64,000 bases of DNA from Camelus dromedarius (taxonomy: Eukaryota): contig NC_087439.1 in assembly GCF_036321535.1 (NCBI RefSeq), positions 12,834,001-12,898,000 on the forward strand. Reading direction: 5' to 3'. The stretch's first letter is position 1, and every line of letters begins with the position of its first letter. Under the pieces are notes generated by a model. The model saw only the letters and a list, made by a program, of their open reading frames with translations, had not been told where the DNA came from and searched no databases. Made by a program: the position numbers and the translations under genes. Positions 61,730-64,000 of the stretch are shown in pieces.

Positions 61730-62110
61730 TAGAGAAACATCAGAGACAATCCTTGGTTCAAGATTCTCAGCATTCAATAGAACGAGAGACCAATGGGTAA
61801 GCTGTGAGAAAGAAAGTCAAGTGTTTAGTCTGTGTGGAGTGTAGCATGGAGAGCTGTCAAATTTGCTTCAGGGAGAAGTTGGCTGAGTCCAGTTGAATGG
61901 CATTTACTGTGAGGAAAGGGTGGTGGGGAGAGATGGAAATATTTGAGGTGGATGGAGCGTGACTCACGAGGGCCACAGACACAAAACACCAGGAGTGTTA
62001 GGGGATAATGAGTAGTCAGATTTGACTGAAGAACAAGGTTGAGAGTGAGGTGGGGGAGGCGGTGTTTCCGTGACATCCCTTCTGTAGGATGCTTTGAGCG
62101 CCTCACTGTT
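61730..62110 (-). mobile_element. L2 fragment
   Basis: Purine-rich antisense L2 pattern (gcttcagggagaagttggctgag; gatttgactgaagaacaagg). Confidence 0.45.
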
Positions 62111-62454
62111 TCACCAAAGGAGACTGACCTCACACGCTAGTATCACATATGCTCTTGTTTCTTTCTTTTCCCCCAACAAACTTAACTGTTCATGTTTAGT
62201 TCCTTCAAAACAGAGTAAGGCAGGTTTCTGAATGGACAATTTCTATGTCAGAGTCAACGCTCATCCCTGGGTTTGTTTTAGATAGCAGTTGCTTCAACTG
62301 CTTTTAGTCTTAGCAGATGAGGAGGTCAAATGGAAGGACTGCATTGGTGGGTTTTCTGCGACTGATGAGGTTAACTAAAACATTTCTGTTACAAATGGGC
62401 ATTAGGTGTCCTGCTTTGCACTGAACATTAGCCAGCCTTTTGTAGCTTATATAA

Positions 62455-62690
62455 AAATAGACAATACTTATCTAGTTCTTACTGTGTGCCAGACACTATT
62501 CTAAATATTTTATACATGTTAACTCATTTACTCTTCCTTCCTAACCACTCTGTGAAGTAGGTAACATTATCATCCCAATTTTATGCATAAAGAAATGAGG
62601 CACAGAGGGTTAGATGATTTTCCCAAAGTCATACGAGTCATAGACGAAAGAACTAGGATTTCAATCTGGGTAGTTTGATTAAGGTTACAC
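62455..62690 (-). mobile_element. MIR, near full length
   Basis: ttactgtgtgccagacactattctaaat...gtaggtaacattatcatcccaattttatgcataaagaaatgaggcacagagg. Confidence 0.88.
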
Positions 62691-62803
62691 ATTATCTAGT
62701 AATTGGCCATTGCATAGTAGCTTAATTGCACCCTATAATAACATAAGTTACTTTTAGTAATTTTTATTTATGGGAACGAGGGATAAGTGTAAAGGTTTAA
62801 TCT

Positions 62804-62907
62804 GGGTGGATATCTGGAAGAGCATTCAGGGGAGATAGATATATGGTCAGAAGAAGTGGGTGGATATGTAGAAGAGCAACCAATGGAGATACATGGTCAG
62901 AAGAAGT
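62804..62907. repeat. Diverged tandem duplication, 54-bp and 50-bp units
   Basis: gggtggatatctggaagagc...tggtcagaagaagt followed by gggtggatatgtagaagagc...tggtcagaagaagt. Confidence 0.9.
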
Positions 62908-63769
62908 GGAATTGAGGCTATTAACAGTTTCTCTGACCAATTCAGGAAGGCTTTCTGGATGACAAGTGATTTCTTTACTCTTAGAGGATGATTAAAACAG
63001 CAAGCTCTGGAAAGAAAGAAGTTTCTGTCGTCTTCTTAGAAATTAGTTTCTAGGTAGCTGCCGGGAGTAATCCCAGCGGGATGCATCAGACGCAAGAGGT
63101 TTGACAAATGTCCATAGCAAACTATGATTAGTACTATTTTATTTCATGTCTATGGAGCAACAACAGTATCCTTGGGGCTGTATAGATTCAAAACAACATC
63201 ATTCCTGCCCAAAGGGTTTACCGTGCAGTCAGATTGGCACTGCTTTCCCAGATCCAAAAGTCTGACGGTGCACACCACTTGCCCCTCTCTGCTTCTCTCC
63301 ATTTGAAATTAGCATGCACTCCCAGGGCAACTGACACTCCAGTATCAGCCACAGTGAATTTGTTCAGTGATTTACTCAGGGGAAAATCCGAATATGCCTA
63401 AAATATTGTTTTTTTTTTTTCTCCTTGCCAGTTGAACATCAGAAATGATATTCGCCAATTTTTATGTATGTGACAATTTGCTGTTCCATTAGCTTTCCCT
63501 ATTAAGCTGAAATATCAGATCAAGAAGTGAAGGGATGAGAAAGAAATACTGGGACAATCCATTCATCTGTAAATTCACCACTTGTCCACTTGCAGTGCTG
63601 ACCACATATGCATGCACAGTAGGTGATTTAAAAGTTCCTGGCGTTTCTTGAGAGTCTGTTATGGATAAGCAGATGTTTCAGTGTGGAAGAAGCATTTCAA
63701 GATTGGCGAGGCTCCAGATGCCCAGATCGGAGGTCGGAACCAGGCTGATCTCTTTGCACATTCTATGTT

Positions 63770-63935
63770 GATTAATATTCCCAGAGAATCTAGAGGATAG
63801 GTACTATTTTACAGTCAAGGAATTTGAGATTCAGAGAGGTTACATGACTGGCTGAAGCTCACACAGCTAAGAAAGTTGAGACTGTGATTAGATTATCTTG
63901 TGTAGCTTTAAAGCCATGCCCTGTCTACTGTGGAC
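63770..63935 (-). mobile_element. MIR fragment
   Basis: ctattttacagtcaaggaatttgagattcagagaggttacatgactggctgaagctcacacagct. Confidence 0.7.
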
Positions 63936-64000
63936 AACACATCCATTCATGGTCAAATACTGTAATCTTCTTACAGCATCCCATTGGTTACTCTCACTAG

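Noticed and set aside
1-64000. CRISPR array, operon or other prokaryotic-style system
   Set aside because: Sequence is eutherian repeat-rich non-coding DNA with no spaced direct-repeat array or gene cluster

Overview
Mammalian non-coding DNA (intronic or intergenic), almost certainly from a camelid: it carries three tRNA-Ala-derived Vic-1-type SINEs and camelid-style young L1 3' ends. I find no protein-coding exon, intact ORF or functional RNA gene that I can support. The ORF track is background, apart from decayed L1 ORF1/ORF2 and ERV-L gag/pol peptides. A large part of the window is recognisable transposable-element debris: MIR, L2, old and young L1, MaLR MLT1, MER5A/MER20/MER58 hAT elements, ERV1-type solo LTRs and microsatellites. 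There are five N gaps. The main structures are: (i) a ~3.95-kb two-LTR ERV-L (LTR16/HERV16-like) relic with gag, RNase H, integrase and dUTPase remnants but no protease or RT, and a ~60-bp inverted copy of its own 5' LTR inserted in gag; (ii) an LTR pile-up at 24.8-28.9 kb, including a convergent pair of same-family LTRs; (iii) a three-layer LTR/LTR/SINE nest at 57.1-58.4 kb; (iv) several TE-poor islands with enhancer-like motif content. I found no evidence for a novel multi-gene system. Repeat family names come from recalled consensus sequences, not from a database search. Boundaries of old repeats are approximate (tens of bp).
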